Source: Spirochaetia bacterium
Lineage (GTDB): Bacteria; Spirochaetota; Spirochaetia; SZUA-6; Bin103
Direction: 5' to 3'
NCBI GenBank assembly: GCA_965203905.1
Contig: CBDBDQ010000005.1
Location: 704,001 to 768,000 of the forward strand
Length of the DNA: 64,000 bases
A program made the position numbers and the translations under genes. Positions 28,923 to 38,383 of this stretch are shown piece by piece. Position 1 is the stretch's first letter. Every line of letters starts with the position of its first letter. Under the pieces are notes generated by a model. The model had not been told where the DNA came from. It searched no databases and worked only from the letters and a program-made list of their open reading frames with translations.

Positions 28923-29921
28923 CTACAGCGGCGTGACCGAGATCAGCCGATCTTCCTCGCGCGGTCCCAGCTCGTTGCGCAGCGGTCGCCCGAAGGTGGC
29001 CGATTCGATCTCGAACCGGTCACCGGTCTGCGCGGCGACGCCGGCGGCGAAGCTGAGCGCGGCGGTACCGAGAAAGTGGCAGTGCAGGTCGCCGGGGCGC
29101 CGGAACGCCGGGTACTTGAAGTGGTGGTGCTCCAGGTTGGCCAGGCTGTGGGTCATGTTGGCTTCGCCGGTCCTGAACCGCTGCGACCAGATCGCATCGC
29201 CGTCGCGTACGACGCGCACCTCGATTTCCACCGTAGCCGGCAGCTCGCCCAGGAGCAGCTCGGGACCCACCGAGCACGCGCGCATCTTGGACGCCGCGAG
29301 GTAGAGGTAGTTCTCCCGCTCGACCACGTGGTCGGAGAATTCGTTGCCCAGCGCGTAGCCGATGCGGCGCGGCCGGCCGTCGCGCCCGATCAGGTAGAGC
29401 GCCGCCAGCTCCGCCTCCTCGCCGCCGTCCCCGGCGAACCCCGGCAGCGGCAGCGGCTGCTCGGGCGCCACCAGCGCGGTGCCGTCGCCCTTGTAGAACC
29501 ACTCGGGCGCGACGCCGGCCCGCCCCGGCGCCGGCTTCCCGCCCGCGACCCCGCTGCGAAACATGCGGATGGAGTCGGTGACCTCCTCGGCCGTGCCGGC
29601 TCCTCCGCCGCCGTGCATGGCGTCGCGCGCCATGGCGCTGCCGGTGTGGTTGAGTCCGGTGCCGGAGAGGATGAGGTGAGCGGGGTCGGGATGATGCACC
29701 GGAGCGAGCAGGCGTGGCTCCGCCACCAACTCCGCGTAGTCAGCGTAACGCCCGGCGAGCCGCGCCCGCACCACGTGCTCCAGCGGTTCACCGCTCTGCT
29801 CGGCGATGCCCGCCAGCTCGCGCACGGAGGTCGGCTCCGTCAGTTCCTCGATCCGCTCGCGATCGCGCACCACGCCGACACCCACGCCACCGCCTGAATT
29901 ACGATATTGCAGCAGCCGCAT
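28923..29921 (-). CDS. araD1: AraD1/GguC-family fumarylacetoacetate-hydrolase-fold protein
   Basis: HPDPAH..SGTGL.H.GSA, PEWFYKGDG, GNEFSDHV.E..NYLYLA.SK, NLEHHHFKY. Confidence 0.85.
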   Translation of the reverse strand: MRLLQYRNSGGGVGVGVVRDRERIEELTEPTSVRELAGIAEQSGEPLEHVVRARLAGRYADYAELVAEPRLLAPVHHPDPAHLILSGTGLNHTGSAMARDAMHGGGGAGTAEEVTDSIRMFRSGVAGGKPAPGRAGVAPEWFYKGDGTALVAPEQPLPLPGFAGDGGEEAELAALYLIGRDGRPRRIGYALGNEFSDHVVERENYLYLAASKMRACSVGPELLLGELPATVEIEVRVVRDGDAIWSQRFRTGEANMTHSLANLEHHHFKYPAFRRPGDLHCHFLGTAALSFAAGVAAQTGDRFEIESATFGRPLRNELGPREEDRLISVTPL

Positions 29922-31222
29922 GTCCTACTGTACAGGCAAGCTGCATGGAGGGTGTTGACCGACGCAGGTCACGGAGTTGGCAGCACCAGCATCTACGCTT
30001 CAATCCCGAGACTGGCCGCGAAGTCCCGCAAAGCGGCGGGCGTCTTGACGCCGAGCAGTCGGAACGATTCCGAGAACGACGTGCGGCCACCCAAAGTGCT
30101 CGTCACCAGTGCGTGACCGAAGCGCCGGCCCACACGTGTTCTGAGCGTCGGGAAAAAGCTCCCGCCACTGGTTCCGGGAAACGCCTGCAAACGTTCGAAC
30201 TCGGCCTGGTACGCCGAACGGAACGCGCCATCGCCGAGTGCTCCCGAGTCATGGATCCTTCGCAGGACCACCAAGGTGCTAACCTTGAAGCGTCGAGCAA
30301 GACGTGCCAACGCCGCGGCGAGGTCCTCACCCGCACGTAGCTCGTTCCGCAAGATCGACAGCGGCACCAGAAGCTCGGCTGCCACGCGGTTGCACCATGC
30401 TTCGACGGTATGCGACGAGACTGCGTTCAGCGCCGAATCCGAAAGCGCGGACTCGCCCAGCCAGAGGTGCGCCAATTCGTGTGCCAGAGTGAACATCTGG
30501 GCGGCCTTCGTGTCGGCTCCATTGATGAACACGAGTGGAGCGAGGTCGTCCGCGAGCGCGAATCCACGAAACTCTTCGGGGTCGAGCTTGCGATGGGTGT
30601 TGTTGCCCACGACGCCGTTCACCATCACGAGCACGCCAAGAGAGTCCGTGGAGTCGATCAAGCGACGCAGCGCCTCGGTCCACGTGGGCAGTGCCGCCTG
30701 CGCTGCAAGGTCGAGATCAAGCGAGTTGCGCATAAGGGCTGCGACTCGTTCGATGCGGCTCGCCGTCGTCTCCGAACCAATGAACGGCAGCGGGGCGCCC
30801 CCTTCGGCGCGGACAAACTCCCGATACCACTCCTGGCGTTGCTGGCACAGGTAGATCGTGCTCAGCAGGTTGGGGCTCGGCTCCCGAACCGGGAGGCTGC
30901 CGACCGTGCGCAGGTCCGGGATCGGCAGCGCCTCGCGAGGCGGCTTGGTGAGGAAGAAGTAGCCGACCGGCGCGTGGGTCACGTTGGCGAGCTTCTCGAC
31001 CTGCTTCAGCGTGGGCAGGGCAAGCCCGCTCTCCCACTCGTGGTACTTCGGAAACCGGCGCGCCAGCGCGTCCGCCTCGATGCCCGCACGCTCGCGTGCC
31101 CAACGCAGCAACTGTGGTCTGACCGGCGCGCGTATCATCATGGACGCCACCTGCGGAAGTCCGCCTGCACGTCACCCAACCGCCCTTCGTACGTGGGTTC
31201 GGGGAGCTGCAGCAGCCGCATG
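29908..31222. repeat. 15-bp direct repeat (TGCAGCAGCCGCATG) bracketing the ImmA gene
   Basis: Copies at 29908-29922 and 31208-31222. Both encode MRLLQ on the minus strand. Confidence 0.7.
29993..31141 (-). CDS. XRE-HTH + ImmA/IrrE Zn metallopeptidase
   Basis: LLRWARERAG, WESG..PTLKQ HTH, GVVGNNTHRKLDPEEFRGFA, FTLAHELAH (HExxH). Confidence 0.92.
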   Translation of the reverse strand: MMIRAPVRPQLLRWARERAGIEADALARRFPKYHEWESGLALPTLKQVEKLANVTHAPVGYFFLTKPPREALPIPDLRTVGSLPVREPSPNLLSTIYLCQQRQEWYREFVRAEGGAPLPFIGSETTASRIERVAALMRNSLDLDLAAQAALPTWTEALRRLIDSTDSLGVLVMVNGVVGNNTHRKLDPEEFRGFALADDLAPLVFINGADTKAAQMFTLAHELAHLWLGESALSDSALNAVSSHTVEAWCNRVAAELLVPLSILRNELRAGEDLAAALARLARRFKVSTLVVLRRIHDSGALGDGAFRSAYQAEFERLQAFPGTSGGSFFPTLRTRVGRRFGHALVTSTLGGRTSFSESFRLLGVKTPAALRDFAASLGIEA

Positions 31223-31368
31223 CCGCGATTCTACACGATCGCCCTCCGCAAATTCGGTAGTATCGAGATGTGTCTCGATCAGAGCTCGCAGCCGTTCTTC
31301 GTGCAGGTCGCTCGTAGCGGCGGTGAGACTACCGTCAGCGTGCTGTAGACGGTAGTGTTGGCGGCGCC

Positions 31369-32346
31369 ATGATGGAGCGACTCCAGTTGGGCCGCGGCGG
31401 CCCGGAAGTCAGCAGGCTTGCCTACGGCTGCGCCGCCCTGGCAGGTCCGTGGGAGGCCGGAGAGCTGACCCCGGAACGCCGCAGGCAGGCTCTCGATGCG
31501 CTGGAAGCGGCGCTGGCGGCCGGCATCGATCACTTCGACTTGGCCGATGTCTACGCCTACGGGAGAGCGGAGCAGGCCTTCTCCGCGATCTGGGAACTCG
31601 ATACGGCGCTGCGCTCGCGCGTCATCGTCCAGAGCAAGTGCGGCGTGGTGCGGCTCCCCGGCGACCGCTCGCGCATCTACTACGACTCGAGTTGCGATCA
31701 CATCGTCGCCGCGGCACGGGCGAGCTGCAAACGCCTGGCCGTCGACTACCTCGATCTCCTGGTGCTGCACCGGCCCGACGTGCTGATGGAGCCGGAAGAG
31801 GTGGCGGCCGCGTTCGACCGCCTGCACGCCGCCGGCGAGGTGCGCCACTTCGGCGTCAGCAACTACTCCGCGGCCCAGGTCGAGTTGCTGGCGGCGGCGC
31901 TGGACCGCCCGCTGGTGGTCAACCAGCTCCAGTTGAGCCTGGCCCACCCCGACCTGATCGACGAGACGGTGGTGGTGAACGACGCGCAGCCGGAGTGGGC
32001 GGTGCGCGGGTTCGGGACGCTGCAGTACTGCATGCAACACGGCATTACGGTGCAGGCCTGGGCGCCGCTCGGTGCAGGGCGACTGGTCCGGGACACCCCC
32101 GCCGAGCCGGGTTCCCGTCTGGCCGCGGTGCGCCGTGAGCTGGCAGCGCTGGCGCGCGCTCGCGGGGTGGAGCCGGCTGCGGTCGCCATCGCCTGGATTC
32201 TTCGCCACCCGGCACGGATCCAGCCGCTCCTCGGCGCCAGGACCCCGCGGGAGATTCAGGCCGCGGTGCCTGCCGTCGGCCTCGACCTGACGCGTGAGCA
32301 ATGGTACCGGCTGTTCAACGCCAGCCGCGGCACCCCCGTGCCGTGA
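31369..32346 (+). CDS. Aldo/keto reductase (YdhF/YcsN-like)
   Basis: FDLADVY, IVQSKCG, DYLDLLVLHRPD, FGVSN, AWILRHP. Confidence 0.92.
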   Translation: MMERLQLGRGGPEVSRLAYGCAALAGPWEAGELTPERRRQALDALEAALAAGIDHFDLADVYAYGRAEQAFSAIWELDTALRSRVIVQSKCGVVRLPGDRSRIYYDSSCDHIVAAARASCKRLAVDYLDLLVLHRPDVLMEPEEVAAAFDRLHAAGEVRHFGVSNYSAAQVELLAAALDRPLVVNQLQLSLAHPDLIDETVVVNDAQPEWAVRGFGTLQYCMQHGITVQAWAPLGAGRLVRDTPAEPGSRLAAVRRELAALARARGVEPAAVAIAWILRHPARIQPLLGARTPREIQAAVPAVGLDLTREQWYRLFNASRGTPVP

Positions 32347-33158
32347 GGCCCAACCCCCGATCCGGTATTCGCGCGGCACGCAAGCACCTCAAGACGCTGA
32401 CCACGGCGGCAGTGCGCTCGCTGGACGACCGCGCCTGGGTACTGGCCGGCGACTTCGGGCTGCGCCTGCTGCGCGTGGTGCTGCTGTTGTCGCTGTGGCG
32501 CATCGTGTTGCCGGAGACCGGCGCCACTTCGGGCATGACGCGCGATGCGGTGCTGACCTACACGTTGATCGCCGCCGTCTTCGCCGGCCAGCTCTCGCTC
32601 GGCACCGGGATCGAGCTCGCCCTCACGAGCGGCGACATCGCCAACCGGTTTCTGCGGCCGGCAGGCGTCTTCGGCCAGTTCACGGCCGAGATGGTGGGGG
32701 CCGGCTTGCGCGACCTGCTGCTGTTCTCGCTGCCGCTGCTCTGCCTCGCGCCTCTGCTGGGCGTGAATCCGCTGCCGGCCGGCGCGGGCGCGGGGCTGCT
32801 GTTCGCCTGCAGCCTGGCCCTCGCACTGCTGGTCGCGGCCGCGTTGGACTTCATCTTCGCCAGCATCATGGTGCTGCTGGAGCACAGCGTGTACGCGATG
32901 ATGAAGCTTCGCACCGCCATCAGCGCGCTGCTCTCGGGGGCCGTCATCCCGCTCGCTCTGATGCCGTGGGGGATCGGCGACGTATTTGGCTACCTGCCGT
33001 TCGCGGCGCTGGCCTCGGCCCCCCTGCGCATCTACACCGGCACCGGCGAACCCCTGCTCCTGCTCGCGCTGCAGGCGGCGTGGGCGGCCGTACTGTGGCC
33101 GCTCGCGCACCTGCTGTGGAACAGCAACCGCGAGCGGCTGGTCACCCACGGCGGGTAA
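32343..33158 (+). CDS. ABC-2 family permease (DUF990-type)
   Basis: SGDIA...LRP, LSGAVIPL..MP, LPFA, ends HGG. GTGA overlap with the AKR gene. Confidence 0.8.
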   Translation: MRPNPRSGIRAARKHLKTLTTAAVRSLDDRAWVLAGDFGLRLLRVVLLLSLWRIVLPETGATSGMTRDAVLTYTLIAAVFAGQLSLGTGIELALTSGDIANRFLRPAGVFGQFTAEMVGAGLRDLLLFSLPLLCLAPLLGVNPLPAGAGAGLLFACSLALALLVAAALDFIFASIMVLLEHSVYAMMKLRTAISALLSGAVIPLALMPWGIGDVFGYLPFAALASAPLRIYTGTGEPLLLLALQAAWAAVLWPLAHLLWNSNRERLVTHGG

Positions 33159-33164
33159 CCGGCG

Positions 33165-33998
33165 ATGGCTGTACTGCGGACGCTCGCCGCGCGCTGGCGC
33201 GTGCAGGCGCACCTCGACTTCATGTGGATGACCAAGGATCTGCGCTTCTTCCTGATCAACGTCGTCGCCGACGTGATCCTGAACCTGGCCGGTGTGACCG
33301 CGGTGTTTCTGCTTGCCGAGCGGTTCGGGGGGATCGGCCACTGGTCGCGTGACCAGGTCATCTTCATGCTCGGCTACGCGGCCCTGGTGCGGGGCTTCCT
33401 GGACGTGGGGTTCAGCTACAACGTGCTGCACATCAGCCGCCGCATCGGCCGCGGCCAGCTCGACCACCTGCTGGTGCAGCCGCAGCCGCTGTGGATGGGA
33501 CTGCTGACCGAGGGGTTCATGCCGTTCTCGGGTTGCTGGTCGCTGCTCACCGGTATCGGCATCACCGCCTGGGCGATCTCCCAGTTCGGCACCGGCTTCC
33601 CGGTGCAGTGGTGGCTGTGGTTCGCCGCCAACCTGCTCGCCTCCTGCACCGTGGCGCTGGCGTTCTCGTTCCTGTGGGGCGCGCTGGCGTTCTGGGCGCC
33701 GCTGGCCGCGGAAGAAATCAGCAGCCGTGCGGTCAACTTCCTGTATCAGCTCAAGGCGTTTCCACTGGACGGCTTGAGCGCCGTGGTGCTGACCGGCATG
33801 CTCAGCGTGCTGCCGGTCGGTTTCGTCGCCTGGTATCCGTGCCGCCAACTGCTCGGCATCGCCGCGCCGCAACTCTGGCACACGCCGCTGGTCGCGCTGC
33901 TGTTGACGCTCGCGGCGGTGAACGTGTTCAAGAAGGGGATGGAGCACTATGCAGAGACCGGATCGCAGCGCTACATCGCCTGGGGACATCGCAGTTGA
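33165..33998 (+). CDS. ABC-2 family permease (DUF990-type)
   Basis: GIGHWS, IGRGQLDHLLVQP, hydrophobic helices. Confidence 0.8.
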   Translation: MAVLRTLAARWRVQAHLDFMWMTKDLRFFLINVVADVILNLAGVTAVFLLAERFGGIGHWSRDQVIFMLGYAALVRGFLDVGFSYNVLHISRRIGRGQLDHLLVQPQPLWMGLLTEGFMPFSGCWSLLTGIGITAWAISQFGTGFPVQWWLWFAANLLASCTVALAFSFLWGALAFWAPLAAEEISSRAVNFLYQLKAFPLDGLSAVVLTGMLSVLPVGFVAWYPCRQLLGIAAPQLWHTPLVALLLTLAAVNVFKKGMEHYAETGSQRYIAWGHRS

Positions 33999-34986
33999 GC
34001 TGCGGGAGGTCGACAAGACCTTCTTCCAGCGCCAGCGCTCCGAGCGGTTCCGCGATGTCCTGAAGAACCTGTTCCGGCCCGCGATCCGCGAGATTCATGC
34101 CCTGCGCGGGGTGAACCTGGCGATCCGTCACGGCGAGATCGTCGCCTACGCGGGGCCCAACGGCGCCGGCAAGTCCACCACGGTGAAGCTGCTCTCCAGC
34201 GTGCTGGCACCGACCGCCGGCACCGTGCGCTGCCTCGGCATGGACCCGCTCAAGGAGCGCGTAAGGTACGTGCGCCGCATCGGCGTGGTGTTCGGCCAGC
34301 GCACCGAGCTGTGGTGGGACCAGCCGGTGGCGGCCAGCTTCGAGTGGAAGCGGGTGGTGTGGGAGATCCCGCGCCCCCGTTATGCGGCGATGCTCGAATT
34401 CGTCAAGGAGCTGCTCGGCATCGGCGAATTCTTCCACACCCTGGCGCGACAACTCAGCCTGGGCCAGAAGATGCGCGCCGACATCGCGCTGATGCTGCTG
34501 CACGAGCCGGAGATCCTGTTCCTCGACGAGCCCACCATCGGTCTCGACGTGCTCGCCAAGCGCAACATCCTCGACTTCATCAAGACCCTCAACCGCGAAC
34601 GCGGCGTCACCGTGATGCTCACCAGCCACGACATGGACGAGCTGGAGCAACTGGCGGGGCGCATCGTGCTGATCGACCGCGGCCGCATCGCCTACGACGG
34701 TGACTTCGTGGAACTGCGCCGCCGCTTCGGCGACCGCCGCCACCTCACCATCGAAACCGGCGCCGCCGACCCGCCCCGCCTCACGGGCGTCCGGTTCACC
34801 GGCAGCGACGGCAACCGCCACCACTTCACCTTCGACGCCGCCCGCACCCAAATCACCGCCCTGCTGCAGCAGGCGTCGACCCAGACCGCCATCCACGACG
34901 TGGAAACCCACCGTTCCCGCATCGACGACGTGATCGCCGACATCTACCAGGACTGGGACAGGAATCGAAGAGCGCCGCCGGAGTAA
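33949..34986 (+). CDS. ABC transporter ATP-binding protein
   Basis: Walker A GPNGAGKST, signature LSLGQKMR, FLDEPTIGLD. Confidence 0.93.
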   Translation: MQRPDRSATSPGDIAVELREVDKTFFQRQRSERFRDVLKNLFRPAIREIHALRGVNLAIRHGEIVAYAGPNGAGKSTTVKLLSSVLAPTAGTVRCLGMDPLKERVRYVRRIGVVFGQRTELWWDQPVAASFEWKRVVWEIPRPRYAAMLEFVKELLGIGEFFHTLARQLSLGQKMRADIALMLLHEPEILFLDEPTIGLDVLAKRNILDFIKTLNRERGVTVMLTSHDMDELEQLAGRIVLIDRGRIAYDGDFVELRRRFGDRRHLTIETGAADPPRLTGVRFTGSDGNRHHFTFDAARTQITALLQQASTQTAIHDVETHRSRIDDVIADIYQDWDRNRRAPPE

Positions 34987-35021
34987 GAAAACGGCCACGG
35001 GAAACGCTGCTCCCGTGGCCG
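34985..35021 (-). terminator. Rho-independent terminator between convergent genes
   Basis: CGGCCACGGGA-N8-TCCCGTGGCCG stem followed by TTTTCTT on the minus strand. Confidence 0.75.
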
Positions 35022-35058
35022 CTTGATTGCCCGCTGCGGGCTCAGATCCGGGCCTGGT

Positions 35059-36771
35059 TCAGTAGCCCATCTCCTGCTTCATGTTCTGATCGATCCACAC
35101 CCAGCCGGAAGCCTCCAGCCACGTGTTGGTGCTCGCGATGTAGGACTCGCCGTAATAGTTCTGAATCCACGGCCACCAGAAGCGGCCCTGCACCTTGACC
35201 GCCTGCGGAATGGCGATCGCCTCGTTCAGCAGGTAGATCGAGGCTTCCTTGATCATCTCGTTGCGCTTGGCCGGATCCAGCTCCTTCACCAGCTCCTCCA
35301 CCATCGCGTCGAACTGGGGATCGGACCAGTCGGTGTAGTTGCGGGTGTGTCCGGTGGTGAACCGCGGCAGCGTGGTCACCGGGCAGCCGCCGCAGTGGCC
35401 CTGCCGGATGGCCCCATTGTAGGTGCGGTCGCGCGCGTTCCCGCTCCACAATGCAATCTCGAAGCCCTGCAGGTTGACCGTGACGCCGATCTTCTCCCAC
35501 TGGTCCTTGAGCAGCGCCCCGTCGGTCATGAACTCCGGCCAGCTTATGGTGGTGTAGTCGATGGTGAAGCCGTTCGGGTAGCCGGCGTCGGCGAGCATCT
35601 GCTTCGCCTTCTCCGGGTTGTAGTCGTACAGCATGCGCGTCTCTTCCGGCAACTCGTCAATCGGCGTATAGGACGGCATGATCGGGTCGACCGGGAACCA
35701 GTGGGTCGGCAGCTCCAGGTCGCCCGCCTGGCGCAGCTTCTGGAAGCCGGTCAGGTCGGTGCCGACCATCATGGCGCGGCGCACGTCGCGGTTGTCGAAC
35801 GGCGGTTCGGTGGTCTTCAGGTAGGCGGTCGATCCGAACGAGATCGGAAACCGGTGCGATTGCAGCTCGGGCGCCGTCTCGTCCAGCGTCTGCCAGTGCA
35901 CGGCGAACACCGAGCTGGCCATGTCGGCCTTGCCGGTGCGCAGCGCGGCCACCATCGACGCCTCGTCGGCGATGATCGGGACGATCACCTTGTCCACAAA
36001 CGGGAGCTGATACTCCTGGCCTTCAATCGTGGTGGTGTCCCAGTAGTTGGGGTTGCGCTCGTAGGTCATGTGGGAATCGATCTCGTAGCCGCCGAACATG
36101 AACGGTCCGGTACCTACCTGGTTCTCCAACTTGTCCATGCCCGCCGCCTCCATCTCAGGGGGCGAGATGCCGGTGGTCCCGCCAAGCGTCAGGATGTCCA
36201 GCATGCCGACGTCGAGCTCGGTGAACTCGATCACCAGGGTGTAGCGGTCGGTGGCGGTGATGTCGCCGGACACACCCTTGAAGCGCGCTCCGGCGGGCGC
36301 CTCGCGGTAGTACTTCAGGTCGGCGACTACGTCTTCGGCGACCATCTCGCGATTCTCCATGTAGTCGACGTTGTCCGCGGCCCACATCACGCCCTTGCGC
36401 AGGTGCCAGGTTTGTTGCTCCGGCGTGACTTCCCAGCTCTCCAGCAGCAGTCCGCGCGCGTACTTGTCGGGCAGAGGGCCGACCAGGGTAAAGGGATACT
36501 CGCCGGTGCCCTTGGGGCCGTACTTCTCATGGTCGCCGATGCGCGGCCGTTCCTGGATCAAGGTGAGAAAGTGCGTTGTGTGACCCTGGCCGTCAGCCGG
36601 GTCGGGGCTCTCGGGACCGAACCCGAAGGCACCGCCGACCGCGGTCAGGGTGCCCCCGTACTGCGGGCCGTCGGTGCCCGCCGCCATCTCGCTGTCCTGC
36701 TCTCCTGCCGCGGAGAGCAACATCGCCGCGGCGGTGATGAGCACCACGGCGATTCCATAGGTCTTGTTCAT
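35059..36771 (-). CDS. ABC substrate-binding protein, family 5
   Basis: AGGAGG RBS, signal peptide (SAAGEQD), PQYGGTL, VGTGPF, RNPNYW, PFDNRDVRRAM. Confidence 0.9.
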   Translation of the reverse strand: MNKTYGIAVVLITAAAMLLSAAGEQDSEMAAGTDGPQYGGTLTAVGGAFGFGPESPDPADGQGHTTHFLTLIQERPRIGDHEKYGPKGTGEYPFTLVGPLPDKYARGLLLESWEVTPEQQTWHLRKGVMWAADNVDYMENREMVAEDVVADLKYYREAPAGARFKGVSGDITATDRYTLVIEFTELDVGMLDILTLGGTTGISPPEMEAAGMDKLENQVGTGPFMFGGYEIDSHMTYERNPNYWDTTTIEGQEYQLPFVDKVIVPIIADEASMVAALRTGKADMASSVFAVHWQTLDETAPELQSHRFPISFGSTAYLKTTEPPFDNRDVRRAMMVGTDLTGFQKLRQAGDLELPTHWFPVDPIMPSYTPIDELPEETRMLYDYNPEKAKQMLADAGYPNGFTIDYTTISWPEFMTDGALLKDQWEKIGVTVNLQGFEIALWSGNARDRTYNGAIRQGHCGGCPVTTLPRFTTGHTRNYTDWSDPQFDAMVEELVKELDPAKRNEMIKEASIYLLNEAIAIPQAVKVQGRFWWPWIQNYYGESYIASTNTWLEASGWVWIDQNMKQEMGY

Positions 36772-36854
36772 GCAATACCTCCTGTTGGATTGCGACCGAA
36801 ACGGCCGCACGGGGCAGGCTACCGGTGCCCGCGCCTCCTGTCAAATATAAGGAA

Positions 36855-37021
36855 CGCCGCCGGAGTAAGAAAAGACGGCCACGAGATCCGCTCCCGTGGC
36901 CGCATGATTGCCCGACTCAGGCCTCAGATCCGGGCTTGGCTCAGTAGCCCATCTCCTGCTTCAGCTTCTGGTCGATCCACCACCCAGCCGGAAGCCTCCA
37001 GCCAGGTGTTGGTGCTTGCGA
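36855..37021 (-). pseudogene. Degenerate copy of 34973-35138 (SBP 3' end, terminator and last codons of the ATPase)
   Basis: Aligns to CGCCGCCGGAGTAAGAAAA...CAGTAGCCCATCTCCTGCTTCA...GAAGCCTCCAGCCA.GTGTTGGTGCT with substitutions and small indels. Confidence 0.88.
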
Positions 37022-37053
37022 CGAATCCCACGCCAACTGAACCGTGCCCACTT

Positions 37054-37383
37054 CTACCTCTGGCGCAAGGACAATCGCTCAGCAGCCAAGCGATTCATGC
37101 TGACGCCGGATTCCGCGGCGTCCAGGGCAAGAGCACGGTGGGACTCGGGCGGAATACGAATCGTGAGCGTGCCGCTGTAGCGCCGAGTGGAAAGCGGCTC
37201 GGGGACGGGAGCGCCCCTCTTGCGCAAGTCATCCACGCAGAAGGCCACCAGGTCGCGGATACCGGCAAAAGCCTTTTCCGGAGTGTCGGCCAGATGGCTG
37301 AGCAACGAGAACTCAGCGCACAGCCCAACGTATTCCTCGTCCTCCTCGGACCACATGACGCGATAGGTGTAGCGATCCATCAT
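37054..37383 (-). CDS. hicB: HicB-family antitoxin
   Basis: YTYRVMWSEEDEEYVGLCAEF..LS, PEPLS...YSG....RIPPE.HR.LA..AAE.GVSMN. Confidence 0.88.
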   Translation of the reverse strand: MMDRYTYRVMWSEEDEEYVGLCAEFSLLSHLADTPEKAFAGIRDLVAFCVDDLRKRGAPVPEPLSTRRYSGTLTIRIPPESHRALALDAAESGVSMNRLAAERLSLRQR

Positions 37384-37444
37384 TGCACCTCCTCCAGCTT
37401 GTCGACAGCCTTGAGCACTTGGCGGATCTGAAGGGCTTGGCCGG
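37380..37444 (-). pseudogene. C-terminal stub of a HicA-like toxin
   Basis: QIRQVLKAVDKLEEVQ* overlaps the hicB start. Directly upstream is the permease stop, so the rest of the gene is absent. Confidence 0.6.
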
Positions 37445-38383
37445 TCAGCGCTTGAACTTGGTGCGGCGCGCCATCCTGACCACCTTGGCGCCGAACCGCC
37501 CCACGCCGCCGCGCAGCTTGGGATCGAGAATGTCGCGCGCCGCGTCGCCGAACATGTTGGTTCCATACACCACGGTGGCCAGGGCGAGACCCGGCCACAG
37601 CACCGTCCACGGCGCCACGAACATGAACTCGCGGCTGCGCCCGCTGAGCATGGCGCCCCAACTGGGAAACGGCGGCTGGATCCCGAAGCCGAGGAAACTG
37701 AGGCTGGCCTCGGAGAGAATGATCGCAGGGACGCGCAACGTGAGCAGGATCACCGCCGGCGCCAGCACGTTGGGAAGGATGTGGCGCAGCAGGACGCGGC
37801 TGGTGCGCCCGCCGATCGCCGACGCCGCCGTCACGTAGGCATCCTCCTTGGTGCTGAGCACGGCACCGCGGATGATGCGCGAGCCCGTGATGCCCCCCGC
37901 CAAGCCGAGCACCACAATGATCGACACCATCCCACCGCCCAAAAACGCGATGATCACCATCAGCACGATCAGGTCCGGCAGCGACATCCAGGCATCGACC
38001 AGCCGCTGGACCAGCAGGTCGAACGTGCCGCCCAGGTAACCCGATATGAGGCCGATCAGCACGGAGATCAGCGTGGCCAGAGTGGCGCCGGACAGGCCCA
38101 CGATCATCGACACCCGGGCGCCGTAGATGACTCGGGAGAGCACGTCCCGGCCGAGGTCGTCGGTGCCGAGCCAGTTGCTGTCGGACGGCGCCTCCAGCGG
38201 CTGCTCCATGTTGGTCTCGTTCATCCCGTAGGGGGCGAGCACGTCGGCGAAGATCCCCACCAGCAGGAGCAGCGCGGTGATCGCCGCGCCCACCGTACCC
38301 AGTGGTTTCTCCTTGACGATGCGCCGGAAGAAGGTGACCACGGCCGAGCGGCGTACGGACTGCGGCGCCCCGATGCCACTCAT
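37445..38383 (-). CDS. ABC permease, OppC/DppC family
   Basis: WLGTDDLGRDVLSRVIYGARVS, YVTAASAIGG, SWGAML, GDAARDILDP. Confidence 0.93.
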   Translation of the reverse strand: MSGIGAPQSVRRSAVVTFFRRIVKEKPLGTVGAAITALLLLVGIFADVLAPYGMNETNMEQPLEAPSDSNWLGTDDLGRDVLSRVIYGARVSMIVGLSGATLATLISVLIGLISGYLGGTFDLLVQRLVDAWMSLPDLIVLMVIIAFLGGGMVSIIVVLGLAGGITGSRIIRGAVLSTKEDAYVTAASAIGGRTSRVLLRHILPNVLAPAVILLTLRVPAIILSEASLSFLGFGIQPPFPSWGAMLSGRSREFMFVAPWTVLWPGLALATVVYGTNMFGDAARDILDPKLRGGVGRFGAKVVRMARRTKFKR

